Source: Cyanobacteriota bacterium (GTDB lineage: Bacteria; Cyanobacteriota; Cyanobacteriia; Thermostichales; Thermostichaceae). From it: 64,000 nucleotides of DNA. This document shows positions 51,478 through 62,723 of this stretch, in pieces (position 1 is the first letter of the stretch; every line of letters begins with the position of its first letter). Location of the stretch: positions 32,001 through 96,000 of the forward strand of contig JANRIL010000038.1 of assembly GCA_033764955.1 (NCBI GenBank). Direction: 5' to 3'. The position numbers were made by a program, and so were the translations under genes. The notes under the pieces were generated by a model. It ran no database searches and had not been told where the DNA came from. It saw nothing but the letters and a program-made list of their open reading frames with translations.

Positions 51478-54400
51478 CTAGGATGCTGTGCCGCCAACCA
51501 GTGAGCGAATCGTACTCAGCAGATCATCGTTGGAAGTTCGTGCTTTCACCAAGGCCATTGATACCTGCTCTACCACATCCGCTCCCACCTCCTGAGCCGA
51601 AAAAATCACCACTGGGGGCACTGGATATCCCTGATAGTTAAGGAAGGGCAGCAGATCCAGACCGAATCCATCCGAGAGTTGCAGATCGAGAATAACCAAG
51701 TCAAACTCCATCTCCGCCAGCTTGAGTTGAGCTTCCTGGAGGGTTGTGGCTGCCACCAGTTCCGCCACCTCCGCCAAGACTTGCCCGACAATCTGCAAAA
51801 TATCCACATCGTCCTCCACATGCAGAATGCGGGGTTTCCGCGCATACCAGTGGTTGGCTGCTTGTTGCACCGCTTTTAGGAGTCGGTCTTGATCAATCGG
51901 CTTTTCTAGCCAGTCCACCATCGTAATACTGCCCCCCCCCAGTTCGGGTTGGTGCCCCTGCTGAGCATAGGCCGAGACTACAATAATCGGGAGATTTTGT
52001 AAGCTATCAATCTGTCGCAGATCCCGCAAGAGGGAGATGCCATCCTGATCAGGCAGGGCGAGATCAAGGGTCATAGCGGCAAAACGTTGCTGATTTAACC
52101 ATTGCTTAGCCTGGGCAGCGGTGTGGGCAACCTCCGTGGTAAAGCCTGCAGATTTCAACATGAGGCTGAGCAATGTGGCAATATCGGGATCATCTTCACA
52201 GACCAAAATCGGCCCGTGGGTGGAGGGAAGATCCGCATTGACTGGGTGCTGACTGCTGCTTCCTAGAAGGGGCAGTTCAAAGTAAAAGGTTGTGCCTTTG
52301 CCCACTTCCGTCTCAAAGCCAATGGCACCGCCCAACCGCTCGATAATCGCTTTGCTGATGCTTAACCCCAGCCCCGTCCCCCCCTTTTGGCGGGTATCGG
52401 CAGAGTCAGCCTGGGTAAACTTTTGAAATACATAGGGGCGAAAAGCCACCGGGATCCCACTGCCCCGATCCACGACCGAGACGCGCACCTGCTCGCGGTG
52501 AGCCTCTACCCGCACTACCACCTCCGAGTGGGGGGGGGAAAACTTAGCAGCATTGGAGAGCAAATTGGCCATCACCTGCATCAGTCGATTGGCATCGGCA
52601 TTGACTCGCCAAGTCCCATTGGTCTCTAGGCGGTAATTAACACCGAATTGTTGACCATAGGCACGATTAGATTCTACAGATTGTTCCAGAAGAGGGACCA
52701 GGGACAGGGGCTTCAGATCAAAATGCATCTTGCCCGACTCAATCTTTTCGATATCCAAAATGTCATTGATCAACACCACCAACCGCTCACTGTTTTTGTA
52801 GGCGATATCAATTAGGTGTTTGACTTGGGGGGGCAACTCTCCTCCAACTCCTCCGGCAATCAACCCCAACGATCCGCGAATCGAGGTGAGGGGGGTGCGC
52901 AGTTCGTGGCTAACCGTGGAAACAAATTCATTTTTCATCCGCACGATCCGTTGCCGCTCCGTAATATCTCGGTAGCTCCAAACCCGCCCATAGCCTTTAT
53001 CCCCCAACTGTTGGGAAGTAGAATAGCGTTCAAAGACTCGTCCATCTTTTAATTCCACCACATCAAAAGCTTCTTCTTGAAGTTGAAAAAGCTGATTGAT
53101 TCGGGCAATAAACCCCGCCGGATCGAGGGTCTGATCGGCCATAAATTGTAACCGTTCCTGTCGGTAACCGTCGGGATCCATCAAGGGATCCGGGATCCCC
53201 CACATTTCCACAAACTTTCGGTTATAACTAAAAATTTGCCCGCCCCGATCCACCGCTAAAATGCCATCGGCGGTTGACTCCAAAGTACCTTGCAAAAGTA
53301 AGAGTGACTTTTCCAGTTCCCGCTCGGCTTTTTTTCGCTCCGTAATATCTTCAAAAGTACCCTCATAATAAAGAATTTGCCCCTCTTGATTGCGAACAAC
53401 TCGCGCATTTTCCCGCACGGTGATAATCTTGCCATCTCGTCGCCGATAGTCAATTTCTAACCCGCGAATTTCTCCATTGCGCTCCAGATCCTCCTTAAAT
53501 TGTTGACGGCTATAGTAGTGAGGATAGTGAGGATCCTGCTCCAAATTCCAGTCGGCTAGCTCCTGAAAATCTCGACAGGCCATCATTTGAATAATCGCGG
53601 GATTGGCTAGGATGGTTTGGCCATCAGGAGTGGTGCGATAAATACCAATCAGGGTATTTTCAAATAAACCTCGGAACTGTTCTTCATTTTCCCTCAGGGC
53701 TTGCTCAATCGCTTTGCGGCGGGTGATATCTTCCACAAACCCCTCGTAATAGGCAATACTGCCATCGGGATTTTTCACCACCCGCGCACTCTCAGAAATC
53801 CAAATTTTACTACCATCTTTACGATAAACCTGGGATTCAAAATGGGTAATAGTTCCCTGCCCACCCAACACCCGAATAAATTCCTGCCGACGGTGGGGAT
53901 CCACATAGAGGTTTTGGGCAATATTGGTCAAGCTGGCGATCATTTGTTCGGGGGTATCATAGCCATAAATTTGAGCAAGGGCTGGATTGGCACTCAGATA
54001 CGATCCGGTTGGGGTGCTTTGAAAAATTCCCTCCAACGAGTTTTCAAAGATACTGCGAAATTTCATTTCTGCCGCTTGCAGGGCTTGTTCTGCCCGTTGC
54101 CGCTCACTGACATCACGGATCAAACTGAGGATGAGGTGTTGGTTTCCCACCTCCAAGAGACCCACCCGTGCCTCCACCGGAAAGGTGCTGTTGTCTTTGC
54201 GGCGATAGAGGGTTCGCCACGTCATCGGGATCCCAGGTTGTAGGGTTTTCCAGGTCTGCGGAGCGTCGCTTGCGGCATCGCTGATTTCTAGATCCTCCAC
54301 CCGCCGTTGCAGGAGTTCGCCACTGGCATAGCCCAGCATGTCGCAGGTACGGGGATTGACATCAATAATCCGCCCACTAAAGTCGTGCAGGATCATGCCA

Positions 54401-55896
54401 TCGGCGGCTTGCTCCATCAAGCAGCGAAACCGTTCTTCGCTTTGCCGCAGTTCTTCCTCCACTTGCTTGCGTTGCATCTGGGATCCCAGTTGGTCGGCGA
54501 CGGTGGAAACCAACTCCACCAACCGCTGATCCTGTACCCGCGCCGACTCTAAAAAAAATACCAGCACCGCCAACACCTGATGGTTAGCCAAAATCGGCAC
54601 CCCAAAGCAGGCTTTCAAATTGACGCGGCGGGCGATGCGGGCGCGGGAGAAGGTGGCCTCCGGCTGGCTAGAAACATCAGCAATCCAAAGGGGACGCCGT
54701 GCGGCCCAAATTTGCCCCGGCAACCCCTCTCCCACCCCAAAGGTGAGATCGCGGCTGAGCATCCGAAATACCTTCATGCTCTCACTGCTGCCATACCAGG
54801 CGGGACTGAGATTGAGTCGGTTATACCCTGCATTGGGGATCCAAGCCTCGCCAAAATCCCAATCGGTGGCTTGACAAACCTGCCGCAGCACCACGGAGAG
54901 GGCAGAGGTAAAGTCAGAGCATTCGGCAATCGCCTCGGTTGTCTGTTGCAACAGTTGCAGTTCCTGTTCGGCTCGTTTGCGCTCCGTGATATCTTGCACA
55001 ATCGCAAAGGTAAATTCCGCCTGTCCCTGTGCATTTTTGACCACGGTGACCGTCAGATCAATCCAGATGAGTTGGCCATGCTTGGTCAGATAGCGGCGCT
55101 CAGTACGAAAAGCATCGGCCTCTCCCTGACGAATTTGCCGATTGAGGTGCTGATCCCGTTGCTGCTCTTGCGGATCCGGATTGTCGAGATCCTGATAGCT
55201 CATCTGTTGCAATTCGGCGGGGGAGTAGCCCAACATATCGGCATAGGCTTGGTTCACCTCCAGAAACTGGCCGTCCATCGCGGTGATGGTGATACCGACG
55301 CTAGCCTGTTCAAACAACACCCGTAAACGGTGCTCCCGTTCCTGCAAGGCGGCTTCCACCTGCCGTCGCTCCAACACCAAGGCTAAAGCAGAGGTAATAG
55401 CCCGCAACAAATCAATTTCTGTGATATCCCAGGCTTGTGCCTCCAGACAGTTGTCAAACCCAATAAAGCCCCAAAAGCTCCCCCTCACCATCAAGGGTAG
55501 GATCACAATTGCCTGGATCCCCTGCGGCTCCAAAATCTGCCGCTCTACCTCTGGAAAATCAGCAATCACCCCCTCGATCATTTCCCCCGACGAGAGAACC
55601 TGCCACCAACGGGGGATCCAATCTTCGTAGGCGACATTTTGCAGTTGGGGGTTATCCAGCTCAGCAGGGATCCCCAAATTACACCATTCCGCCCGCTGGC
55701 TGGTGAACCAGCGCCCGTTGGCATCCTGATGATTTTCAAACACATAAACACGGCTTGCTCCGGTAACTTGTCCAACCTTTTGCAAAACGGGCTGAAAAGG
55801 ATCCTCGTGGGGTGGCAACGCTAACAACTCTTGCTGGATCTGCACCAGGGTTGAAAGATAATGCTCACGCTGACTGGGGAAGGAGGGCAAACTCAT
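51478..55896 (-). CDS. Hybrid sensor histidine kinase (GAF, PAS, GAF, multiple PAS, HisKA, HATPase, two REC)
   Basis: FVSTVSHELRTPLTSI, NLLSNAAKF, GGTGLGL, two receiver domains. Confidence 0.93.
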   Translation of the reverse strand: MSLPSFPSQREHYLSTLVQIQQELLALPPHEDPFQPVLQKVGQVTGASRVYVFENHQDANGRWFTSQRAEWCNLGIPAELDNPQLQNVAYEDWIPRWWQVLSSGEMIEGVIADFPEVERQILEPQGIQAIVILPLMVRGSFWGFIGFDNCLEAQAWDITEIDLLRAITSALALVLERRQVEAALQEREHRLRVLFEQASVGITITAMDGQFLEVNQAYADMLGYSPAELQQMSYQDLDNPDPQEQQRDQHLNRQIRQGEADAFRTERRYLTKHGQLIWIDLTVTVVKNAQGQAEFTFAIVQDITERKRAEQELQLLQQTTEAIAECSDFTSALSVVLRQVCQATDWDFGEAWIPNAGYNRLNLSPAWYGSSESMKVFRMLSRDLTFGVGEGLPGQIWAARRPLWIADVSSQPEATFSRARIARRVNLKACFGVPILANHQVLAVLVFFLESARVQDQRLVELVSTVADQLGSQMQRKQVEEELRQSEERFRCLMEQAADGMILHDFSGRIIDVNPRTCDMLGYASGELLQRRVEDLEISDAASDAPQTWKTLQPGIPMTWRTLYRRKDNSTFPVEARVGLLEVGNQHLILSLIRDVSERQRAEQALQAAEMKFRSIFENSLEGIFQSTPTGSYLSANPALAQIYGYDTPEQMIASLTNIAQNLYVDPHRRQEFIRVLGGQGTITHFESQVYRKDGSKIWISESARVVKNPDGSIAYYEGFVEDITRRKAIEQALRENEEQFRGLFENTLIGIYRTTPDGQTILANPAIIQMMACRDFQELADWNLEQDPHYPHYYSRQQFKEDLERNGEIRGLEIDYRRRDGKIITVRENARVVRNQEGQILYYEGTFEDITERKKAERELEKSLLLLQGTLESTADGILAVDRGGQIFSYNRKFVEMWGIPDPLMDPDGYRQERLQFMADQTLDPAGFIARINQLFQLQEEAFDVVELKDGRVFERYSTSQQLGDKGYGRVWSYRDITERQRIVRMKNEFVSTVSHELRTPLTSIRGSLGLIAGGVGGELPPQVKHLIDIAYKNSERLVVLINDILDIEKIESGKMHFDLKPLSLVPLLEQSVESNRAYGQQFGVNYRLETNGTWRVNADANRLMQVMANLLSNAAKFSPPHSEVVVRVEAHREQVRVSVVDRGSGIPVAFRPYVFQKFTQADSADTRQKGGTGLGLSISKAIIERLGGAIGFETEVGKGTTFYFELPLLGSSSQHPVNADLPSTHGPILVCEDDPDIATLLSLMLKSAGFTTEVAHTAAQAKQWLNQQRFAAMTLDLALPDQDGISLLRDLRQIDSLQNLPIIVVSAYAQQGHQPELGGGSITMVDWLEKPIDQDRLLKAVQQAANHWYARKPRILHVEDDVDILQIVGQVLAEVAELVAATTLQEAQLKLAEMEFDLVILDLQLSDGFGLDLLPFLNYQGYPVPPVVIFSAQEVGADVVEQVSMALVKARTSNDDLLSTIRSLVGGTAS

Positions 55897-56124
55897 GGGC
55901 AGTGTTGAGGAGCAGAAATGAAATCAAGCGCTGGGAGCCAGCGGAAGCAATTGGCAAAACCATCTCTGGATCAATCACTATCAATCAACTGACTGAAGAT
56001 GGCTAAACAAACTTGCTATCGATTGTGGCATCGCTAGTCTAATTATTGGGGAAAAACTGACGGCATCTCGTGATCCCTGCCCCTAGCTTCTCCCTACCTC
56101 TTCCCTCTCCTGAGAGCTAGCCCT

Positions 56125-57135
56125 TCAGCCCACAGAGGATCCCTCGGCTGGCTTGCCTGCGCCTAGTCGCTGGGCAAAATCAGGGATGGTCATTTCTAAC
56201 CCTTTTACCAAAGGAATCTGGGGTTGCCAATTTAGCCACGCTTTCGCTCTCGAAATATCTGGACGGCGTTGTTTGGGATCATCACTGGGCAAGGGGTGGT
56301 AGATGATCTGGCTGGTGGTTCCGGTTAATTGCTGCACCAATGCCGCTAATTGATTGACCGTAAATTCATCGGGGTTGCCCAGATTGCAAGGGCCTGTATA
56401 AGAACTCGCCATCAACCGCATCAATCCCTCCACCAAATCAGCCACATAACAAAAACTGCGGGTTTGGGATCCATCTCCATAGACCGTCAGATCGTCCCCC
56501 CGCAACGCCTGCACAATAAAGTTACTGACGACACGGCCATCTTCCAAATTCATCGTCGGCCCGTAGGTATTAAAAATGCGGGCGACGGCGATATCCACCT
56601 GATGCTGGCGATGATAGTCAAACATCAAGGTTTCGGAAACCCGCTTGCCCTCGTCATAACAGGCGCGGATGCCAATTGGGTTGACATTGCCCCAATAGTC
56701 TTCCGGTTGCGGATGGACGGTGGGATCCCCATAAACCTCTGAGGTGGAGGCAAACAGTAGACGGGATCCCGTTTTTTGGGCTAGTTCCAGCATATTGAGT
56801 GTCCCCAAGACGCTGGTTTTGATGGTTTGAATGGGATCTTTTTGATAATGCACCGGAGAAGCCGGACAAGCCAGGTGATAGATCTGGTCCAGGTGGTCTA
56901 ACCAGGTGCAAGTGGCTAGGGGAGAGGTGGCGATGGGCTGGGTGACATCCTGCTGCCAAAACTGAAAATTGGCCTGATCGCGGTGGCTGACCAGATTGGT
57001 TTGCCGACCCGTCGAGCAGTTGTCGAGGGCAATAACCCGCTCTCCGGCACTCACCAGCCGTTGCACAAGATGAGTGCCAATAAATCCGGCAGCTCCGGTC
57101 ACCAGAATCGTTTTGGGCTGAGGATGGGTTGACAT
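56125..57135 (-). CDS. UDP-glucuronic acid decarboxylase family (SDR)
   Basis: [48 protein letters not shown]. Confidence 0.93.
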   Translation of the reverse strand: MSTHPQPKTILVTGAAGFIGTHLVQRLVSAGERVIALDNCSTGRQTNLVSHRDQANFQFWQQDVTQPIATSPLATCTWLDHLDQIYHLACPASPVHYQKDPIQTIKTSVLGTLNMLELAQKTGSRLLFASTSEVYGDPTVHPQPEDYWGNVNPIGIRACYDEGKRVSETLMFDYHRQHQVDIAVARIFNTYGPTMNLEDGRVVSNFIVQALRGDDLTVYGDGSQTRSFCYVADLVEGLMRLMASSYTGPCNLGNPDEFTVNQLAALVQQLTGTTSQIIYHPLPSDDPKQRRPDISRAKAWLNWQPQIPLVKGLEMTIPDFAQRLGAGKPAEGSSVG

Positions 57136-57160
57136 AGGTAGGGATGAAGGAAAGTAAAGG

Positions 57161-58573
57161 TCAGCGACCGACTCCGATATAGACAAAACCGGCTGCCTCC
57201 AGCGTGGCTCGATTTAAGGCATTCCGCCCATCCACCAGCACGGGACGCCGCATCTGACTGGCGATAGCCACCCAATCCAGGGTTTGAAAGGCTGACCACT
57301 CGGTCACCAGCACCAACGCATCACAATCTTGCGCCAGCGCCATCGGGTTAGCTTCTAGGGTAAAAGTCGGCCAATCGGGTGGAATCCCATCTGGGGTGAT
57401 CACGGGATCAAAACCTTTGACTTTAGCCCCCAGCTTACTGAGTTGTTGAATCAGCGTTAAGGCAGGGGCATCCCGCAGATCATCGGTATTTGGCTTAAAG
57501 GTCAGCCCCAATAATCCCACAGTTTTGCCCTTTAATACCTTCAACAATTGCTGGAGTTTTTCAATCACCCGTTGCCGTTGATCCTGGTTGACGGCGATAA
57601 CCGATTCCAGAATGCGGGCTTGATAGCCATAGTCCGACGCTGTTCGCAAGAGGGCGGAAATATCTTTCGGAAAGCAACTGCCCCCCCAACCCAAGCCAGC
57701 GTTAAGAAACTTGCTGCCAATTCGGGAGTCCAGCCCGATCCCTAGCGCCACCTGCTGCACATCACCCCCCACTCGTTCACAGATATTGGCGATCTCGTTG
57801 ATAAAACTAATTTTGGTGGCCAGCAGGGCGTTGGCGGCATATTTGATCATCTCTGCCGAGGCTAGATCCGTCACCACAAACGGTACCGGATCCCGTTGTG
57901 GATCCTCGGCAAACCGCCGTTGCACAATCGGCTCATACAGTTGTCGCATCAGGTCAATCGCTCGGCCACTGCTGGATCCCACCACAATCCGGTCGGGGTT
58001 AAAGGTATCCCAAATGGCGCTGCCTTCCCGCAAAAACTCAGGATTGCTGACCACATCAAACTGGGGCAAATCTGCCAGCGCCAGCGTGGCTGTTGGGGAT
58101 CCCTTGCTCGGTTGTCCAACTTCGGCGACATTCTCCACCGGTGAGCGCCCCTGAGCGGCTCCATCCAGCAGGATCATACGTACCCAATCGCCGGAACCAA
58201 TCGGCACAGTGGATTTGTTAACAATCACCCGATAGCGCCCATCCAGATGGCGACCAATGGCACGGGCTGCCGATTCCACATAGCGCAGATCGGGATCCCC
58301 ACTGGGCAGGGCGGGGGTGCCTACTGCGATAAAAATCACATCCGCCTGGGGAATAGCGCTGGCGAGTTCTGTGGTAAACGAGAGCCGTTGTGCCGCCACG
58401 GAATGGAGGACAATTGCTTCTAGCCCCGGCTCATAAATGGGCATCTTGCCCTGTTGCAGGGAGCTAACTTTAGCCGGATTGTTGTCGATGCAGATCACGC
58501 GGTGACCAATTTCCGCCAGACAGGCTCCGGTAACTAATCCAACATAGCCAGTGCCAACAACAGCAATATTCAT
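57161..58573 (-). CDS. ugd: UDP-glucose 6-dehydrogenase
   Basis: [40 protein letters not shown]. Confidence 0.95.
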   Translation of the reverse strand: MNIAVVGTGYVGLVTGACLAEIGHRVICIDNNPAKVSSLQQGKMPIYEPGLEAIVLHSVAAQRLSFTTELASAIPQADVIFIAVGTPALPSGDPDLRYVESAARAIGRHLDGRYRVIVNKSTVPIGSGDWVRMILLDGAAQGRSPVENVAEVGQPSKGSPTATLALADLPQFDVVSNPEFLREGSAIWDTFNPDRIVVGSSSGRAIDLMRQLYEPIVQRRFAEDPQRDPVPFVVTDLASAEMIKYAANALLATKISFINEIANICERVGGDVQQVALGIGLDSRIGSKFLNAGLGWGGSCFPKDISALLRTASDYGYQARILESVIAVNQDQRQRVIEKLQQLLKVLKGKTVGLLGLTFKPNTDDLRDAPALTLIQQLSKLGAKVKGFDPVITPDGIPPDWPTFTLEANPMALAQDCDALVLVTEWSAFQTLDWVAIASQMRRPVLVDGRNALNRATLEAAGFVYIGVGR

Positions 58574-58756
58574 GGGAAGTTGCTCACGTGGGGTGTACAA
58601 GATGGCGCTAAAAGGTTCAAGCAAAAGGGATCCTTGGCTCAACCGTCAGCTATCCTGTTCAGGATTGCGGGATAGGCTAGCACCCTTTAGGCTGGTTGTC
58701 GGTGATTTCGTCACTTTACTAGAATTTTTTGCTCGACGGTCAAGCAAAGTCAGCCT

Positions 58757-59569
58757 ATGTCTAAAATTCACTTCTCTCTCGTATCTTCTTGGTGGCGTCA
58801 ATGCCTTACCCTGCTGGGGGTTAACTATGCCTACATGGTGGAGTATCGGGCTGAGCTGATCCTTTGGGTATTAGCGGGATCCCTACCGTTGATTTTGATG
58901 GGAGCCTGGACAAAAGCCGCTCAGGAGGGAAATTTTGGTTTAGAGTCTGGCCAGTTTGTCCGCTATTTTTTGGCGGTTTTTTTGGTGCGTCAGCTCACGA
59001 TTGTTTGGGTGATCTGGGATTTTGAAAAGGAGGTGGTGGAGGGTAAGTTATCCAGCCGCTTGCTACAACCCCTCGATCCGGCTTGGCATCACCTCGCTGC
59101 CCACCTATCGGAGCGGTTGGTGCGGATCCCTTTTACCTTTTTATTAGTGGGTCTATTTTTCTGGGTCTATCCCCAAGCCTTTTGGATGCCGGATGGACAA
59201 ACTATCCTATGGGCAATTCTGGCAATTATGCTGGCTTTTGCCCTACGTTTTGTTATTCAATATACGTTTGCTCTCTTTGCCTTTTGGACAGAACGAGCGG
59301 CGGCTTTGGAAGAAGTTTGGTTCATGGTTTATCTGTTTTTGTCAGGCTTGATTGCTCCTCTAGAGGTTTTTCCACCCATTTTGCGGGAGATAATTTTGTG
59401 GACGCCTTTTCCCTATATGGTCAATTTTCCCGCCAGCATTTTAGCCGGGATCCCGGTCTCTCTGGGGAAAGGATTTGGTGTGTCCCTAGGCTGGTTAGTC
59501 GCTTTTGGGCTATGGAATCGTTGGCTATGGCGAAAAGGTCTTAAACACTATTCGGGCATGGGGGCATGA
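58757..59569 (+). CDS. ABC-2 family transporter permease
   Basis: YMVEYRAE, EVVEGKLSSRLLQPLDP, LSGLIAPL, TPFPY. Confidence 0.85.
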   Translation: MSKIHFSLVSSWWRQCLTLLGVNYAYMVEYRAELILWVLAGSLPLILMGAWTKAAQEGNFGLESGQFVRYFLAVFLVRQLTIVWVIWDFEKEVVEGKLSSRLLQPLDPAWHHLAAHLSERLVRIPFTFLLVGLFFWVYPQAFWMPDGQTILWAILAIMLAFALRFVIQYTFALFAFWTERAAALEEVWFMVYLFLSGLIAPLEVFPPILREIILWTPFPYMVNFPASILAGIPVSLGKGFGVSLGWLVAFGLWNRWLWRKGLKHYSGMGA

Positions 59570-59575
59570 AGACTA

Positions 59576-59851
59576 TCAGGACTCGCCTGACAGCGAGGGA
59601 GAATGGCGATAAAGCAGGTCTTTTAATAAGGTTAACGCTTCTCGATCAAAGTTATTGTGAAGAATAGCCTCTTGCAGAAATTGTTTTTCAGCTTCGCTAA
59701 TCTGGCCATCTTGTAGAATAATTGTTTTTAATCCATCGGCTTCAAAGCGATCAATCATATTGTCATCTTCCAGGAAAAAGGCAAGGGCAGCCCGTAGATT
59801 GGCAATGTGAGTTTCAGAAACAGCAGCGTCTAATGATTCGGAAGCAGACAT
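59576..59851 (-). CDS. Hypothetical protein
   Basis: 91-aa acidic ORF with GGAGG RBS. Confidence 0.6.
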   Translation of the reverse strand: MSASESLDAAVSETHIANLRAALAFFLEDDNMIDRFEADGLKTIILQDGQISEAEKQFLQEAILHNNFDREALTLLKDLLYRHSPSLSGES

Positions 59852-59928
59852 CAGGGATCCTCCATCGGTTTTGTCAGTAAATTTCCGCTAGGTTTATAGG
59901 GTTTTTATCGATCTTTTTCAGAGATCTT

Positions 59929-61209
59929 TTATGGAGCAAGGGTCAAACTAAGGAGAGCGGATAAGGAGCAGTCAGGGATCCCGTAGGTGGCTAACTGAGC
60001 CAAAGCTTTTGGGTTTTCTGATGGTAAGGGGGTGTGGTAGATCGATTGTTTGAGTGAAGATGAACTTAAGTTGAGGGTTTCTAGATTAAAGTAACTAATT
60101 TCTGGATAATTAGTGGGGGAATCCTCCCGAATATCTATCTGCTCAGTAGCCTGGTTAACTAGCCACTCCATGATAATACTTGACACCAAAGATTCGGGAT
60201 CCAGTAAGGATTGGTCTATATTAGCCTGCGGATCACCTGAGGAGTTGCTGACATCAATCCAAAGGCAAAACTGTTGGGGTTGTGGATGATGGCATAAAGC
60301 AGATAATACCGTCTTCAGTTGCTCGATTTGCTGATTTACTGGTATTTGCCAATCGGGTGTAATCATGAGATGAATCCGCTCGTCTGCCAATACTAATGGG
60401 GGGGATCCCGTTAGTGTGGCTGGACGGGCTATCTCTTGGATAGAAGCCCAATACTCCTCTCTTGAAATCTGGAAATAGCCCTGAGTTGGAATATGAAATT
60501 CATCAGGGGTTTCGCTTTTTTGCAGTGCCACATACAACATTGAATGACGTGGCATCCGCTGCTCCTGGTGCCATAGTCCCTGAAGGGCTTTTCGGACATC
60601 CTCTTGATCCTTTATTTCTACAAACCGCTGCGAATCAAATTCAAACAAAAAGGTGAGCATTCGATAATGGTTACTGGCGGCCATATCCCAATAGAGGGTA
60701 GGATTAAAATTATAGAATCCATGATCAATCCAGCCAATAAAAGGCATTCCATGCAGCATCAATCCCTGTGGTTTAGTCAGATCATGCATGGTCTTGAAAA
60801 ACTGAGCAATATTAAATATATGCTCACCCGTTCCTAGGTTGATAGTAACGTCAAATTGCTGGTCGAGGTTGACAGGCTGATTGAGATCAAATGGATACGC
60901 ATCAAGAGTCCCATGCAGGTCAATGGCGGAGATTGATTTATAGTTGATCAATGATTTATAGACAATTTTAGCAATATCGAAGTTCCGTTTTTTACTGGGA
61001 TCCTGTTGCACCTTATCCAGTTTTGCTAGCAATTCGCTTTGCAATTCGGGATCCGCCACTCGCTTGCGAATATCCTCAGTCAATGTCTCCAAAGAAACAT
61101 CGCCATGCCAATGCTGTTCACCAAACTCTAAAACATCGGCAGAGTCAGGAAATAACTTTCGCTGATACAATGTGGATAAAAACTGATATTCAATAATCGA
61201 GATTGCCAT
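59929..61209 (-). CDS. Class I SAM-dependent methyltransferase-like protein
   Basis: VLEFGEQ, DLN, FDVTINLGTGEHIFN, DHGFYNFNP. Confidence 0.65.
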   Translation of the reverse strand: MAISIIEYQFLSTLYQRKLFPDSADVLEFGEQHWHGDVSLETLTEDIRKRVADPELQSELLAKLDKVQQDPSKKRNFDIAKIVYKSLINYKSISAIDLHGTLDAYPFDLNQPVNLDQQFDVTINLGTGEHIFNIAQFFKTMHDLTKPQGLMLHGMPFIGWIDHGFYNFNPTLYWDMAASNHYRMLTFLFEFDSQRFVEIKDQEDVRKALQGLWHQEQRMPRHSMLYVALQKSETPDEFHIPTQGYFQISREEYWASIQEIARPATLTGSPPLVLADERIHLMITPDWQIPVNQQIEQLKTVLSALCHHPQPQQFCLWIDVSNSSGDPQANIDQSLLDPESLVSSIIMEWLVNQATEQIDIREDSPTNYPEISYFNLETLNLSSSSLKQSIYHTPLPSENPKALAQLATYGIPDCSLSALLSLTLAP

Positions 61210-61361
61210 AAACCATTCAGCATAGGTTGCTTGCAGTATACTACCCCCCTATTTCCCATTGAATCCAACGGGGATCTCTTAACTGCCTGCCTTCCCCGTC
61301 TTCGTTCGCCGACATCAGCCTTAACCCCTACACCGCCCACAACCAACCGCATGGATCAGTT

Positions 61362-62723
61362 ATGGATCCCCTTTTTTTAGGCATTGATTTGGGTACATCC
61401 GGTTTACGGGTAGTGGCTCTCAACACGGAGGGATCCCTGGTGGGGCAGGTTAGCCAATCCCTAACTTCAGTGCAGCCTGATGAGTGGATAGCTACCTTGC
61501 GAGGGTTATGGCAGGAGTTGTCAGAACAAGTTGGGGGTCATTATCAAGCGGTTGCGGTAAGCGCTTGCAGCACCTCCGGTTCGATTGTGCCCATTGATCG
61601 AGAGGGAAAACCCGTTTTTGAGGCTCTGCTTTATCACGACTCACGCGGGCAGAGCCAAGCCCGCGCCCACGAGATTCCTACAAGCTGGGGCTTAGGGCGC
61701 TGGCTGTGGTGGCAGGAAACCCATCCGGTGCTGGCCCAAACTAGCTATCTGGCTCATCCCAGCGATGTCTTACTGACGGCGTTAGGGGGGGAACCCAGAG
61801 TCACCGATCATACGTCGGCCTTAAAAAGTGGGTTTGATCCGGTGGGCTATTGTTGGGGCTGGTCAGGGATCCCCACCCTGGACTGGCAGCCGTTCCCCCG
61901 TGTGGTGGCTCCTGCTACCCCAATTGGCTATCTGCGGGAGGAATGGCGGTGGGGGTCGGCCAAAACCCTGATCGTGGCGGGCATCACCGATGGCTGCGCC
62001 GGACAACTGGCGAGTGGGGCAGTGGCTGCCGGACAGGTGGCGGTCTCGTTGGGCACAACCCTGATTTTCAAGGGGGTCAGTCACCATCCCCTGCAAACCC
62101 AGGATGGCAGCGTTTATTCCCATCTGCATCCGGATCGGCAAACCTGGCTACCCGGAGCCGCTTCCTGTGCTGGCGGAGGATCCCTGCCACACCATTTCCC
62201 CGATCAAGAGTGGCGGGTTTGGGATGAACAGGCGATGCGCCATCTTCCCACAGGCGAAATTATCTATCCACTCTGGCAACCTGGGGAACGCTTTCCGGTC
62301 ACCAGTCCTAATTTTTTTGGGTTTTCCTCCCTTGGGGATCCCCGCTCTAGTCGGGGCTATGCGGCTCTGCTGGAGGGAGTTGGTTTTGTGGAAAAACTGG
62401 GGATCGAACGCCTGCAACAGTTGGGACTTATCCCCCAAAGTCCGATTTTGGCCACAGGGGGAGGATGCCGTAGTCCGCTTTGGCTGAGGATTCGCGCCAG
62501 TATTCTCAATCGCCCCCTGCAAGTTCCTCAATACCCTCAACCCGCTGTAGGAGCCGCCATCCTAGGAGCAGCCGCTTGGTGGCAATGTTCGGTGAGGGAG
62601 GCCAGTCAACGCTTGGTTAAGCAGGGTCAGCACATCGATCCCGTTGCCGCCTGGGTGGATCCCTATGGTGAGGCTTATCGCACCTTTTGTCAGCGTCTGC
62701 GCTCCCTAGGGCTATGGGATTAA
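61362..62723 (+). CDS. FGGY-family carbohydrate kinase
   Basis: LGIDLGTSG, STSGS, GITDGCA, SLGTTL, GERFP, TGGG. Confidence 0.9.
   Translation: MDPLFLGIDLGTSGLRVVALNTEGSLVGQVSQSLTSVQPDEWIATLRGLWQELSEQVGGHYQAVAVSACSTSGSIVPIDREGKPVFEALLYHDSRGQSQARAHEIPTSWGLGRWLWWQETHPVLAQTSYLAHPSDVLLTALGGEPRVTDHTSALKSGFDPVGYCWGWSGIPTLDWQPFPRVVAPATPIGYLREEWRWGSAKTLIVAGITDGCAGQLASGAVAAGQVAVSLGTTLIFKGVSHHPLQTQDGSVYSHLHPDRQTWLPGAASCAGGGSLPHHFPDQEWRVWDEQAMRHLPTGEIIYPLWQPGERFPVTSPNFFGFSSLGDPRSSRGYAALLEGVGFVEKLGIERLQQLGLIPQSPILATGGGCRSPLWLRIRASILNRPLQVPQYPQPAVGAAILGAAAWWQCSVREASQRLVKQGQHIDPVAAWVDPYGEAYRTFCQRLRSLGLWD

Noticed and set aside
44094..55824. Long antisense and alternate-frame ORFs (e.g. 45201-45803, 53701-54243, 54580-55326)
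   Set aside because: Shadow ORFs of well-supported genes, with no motifs of their own
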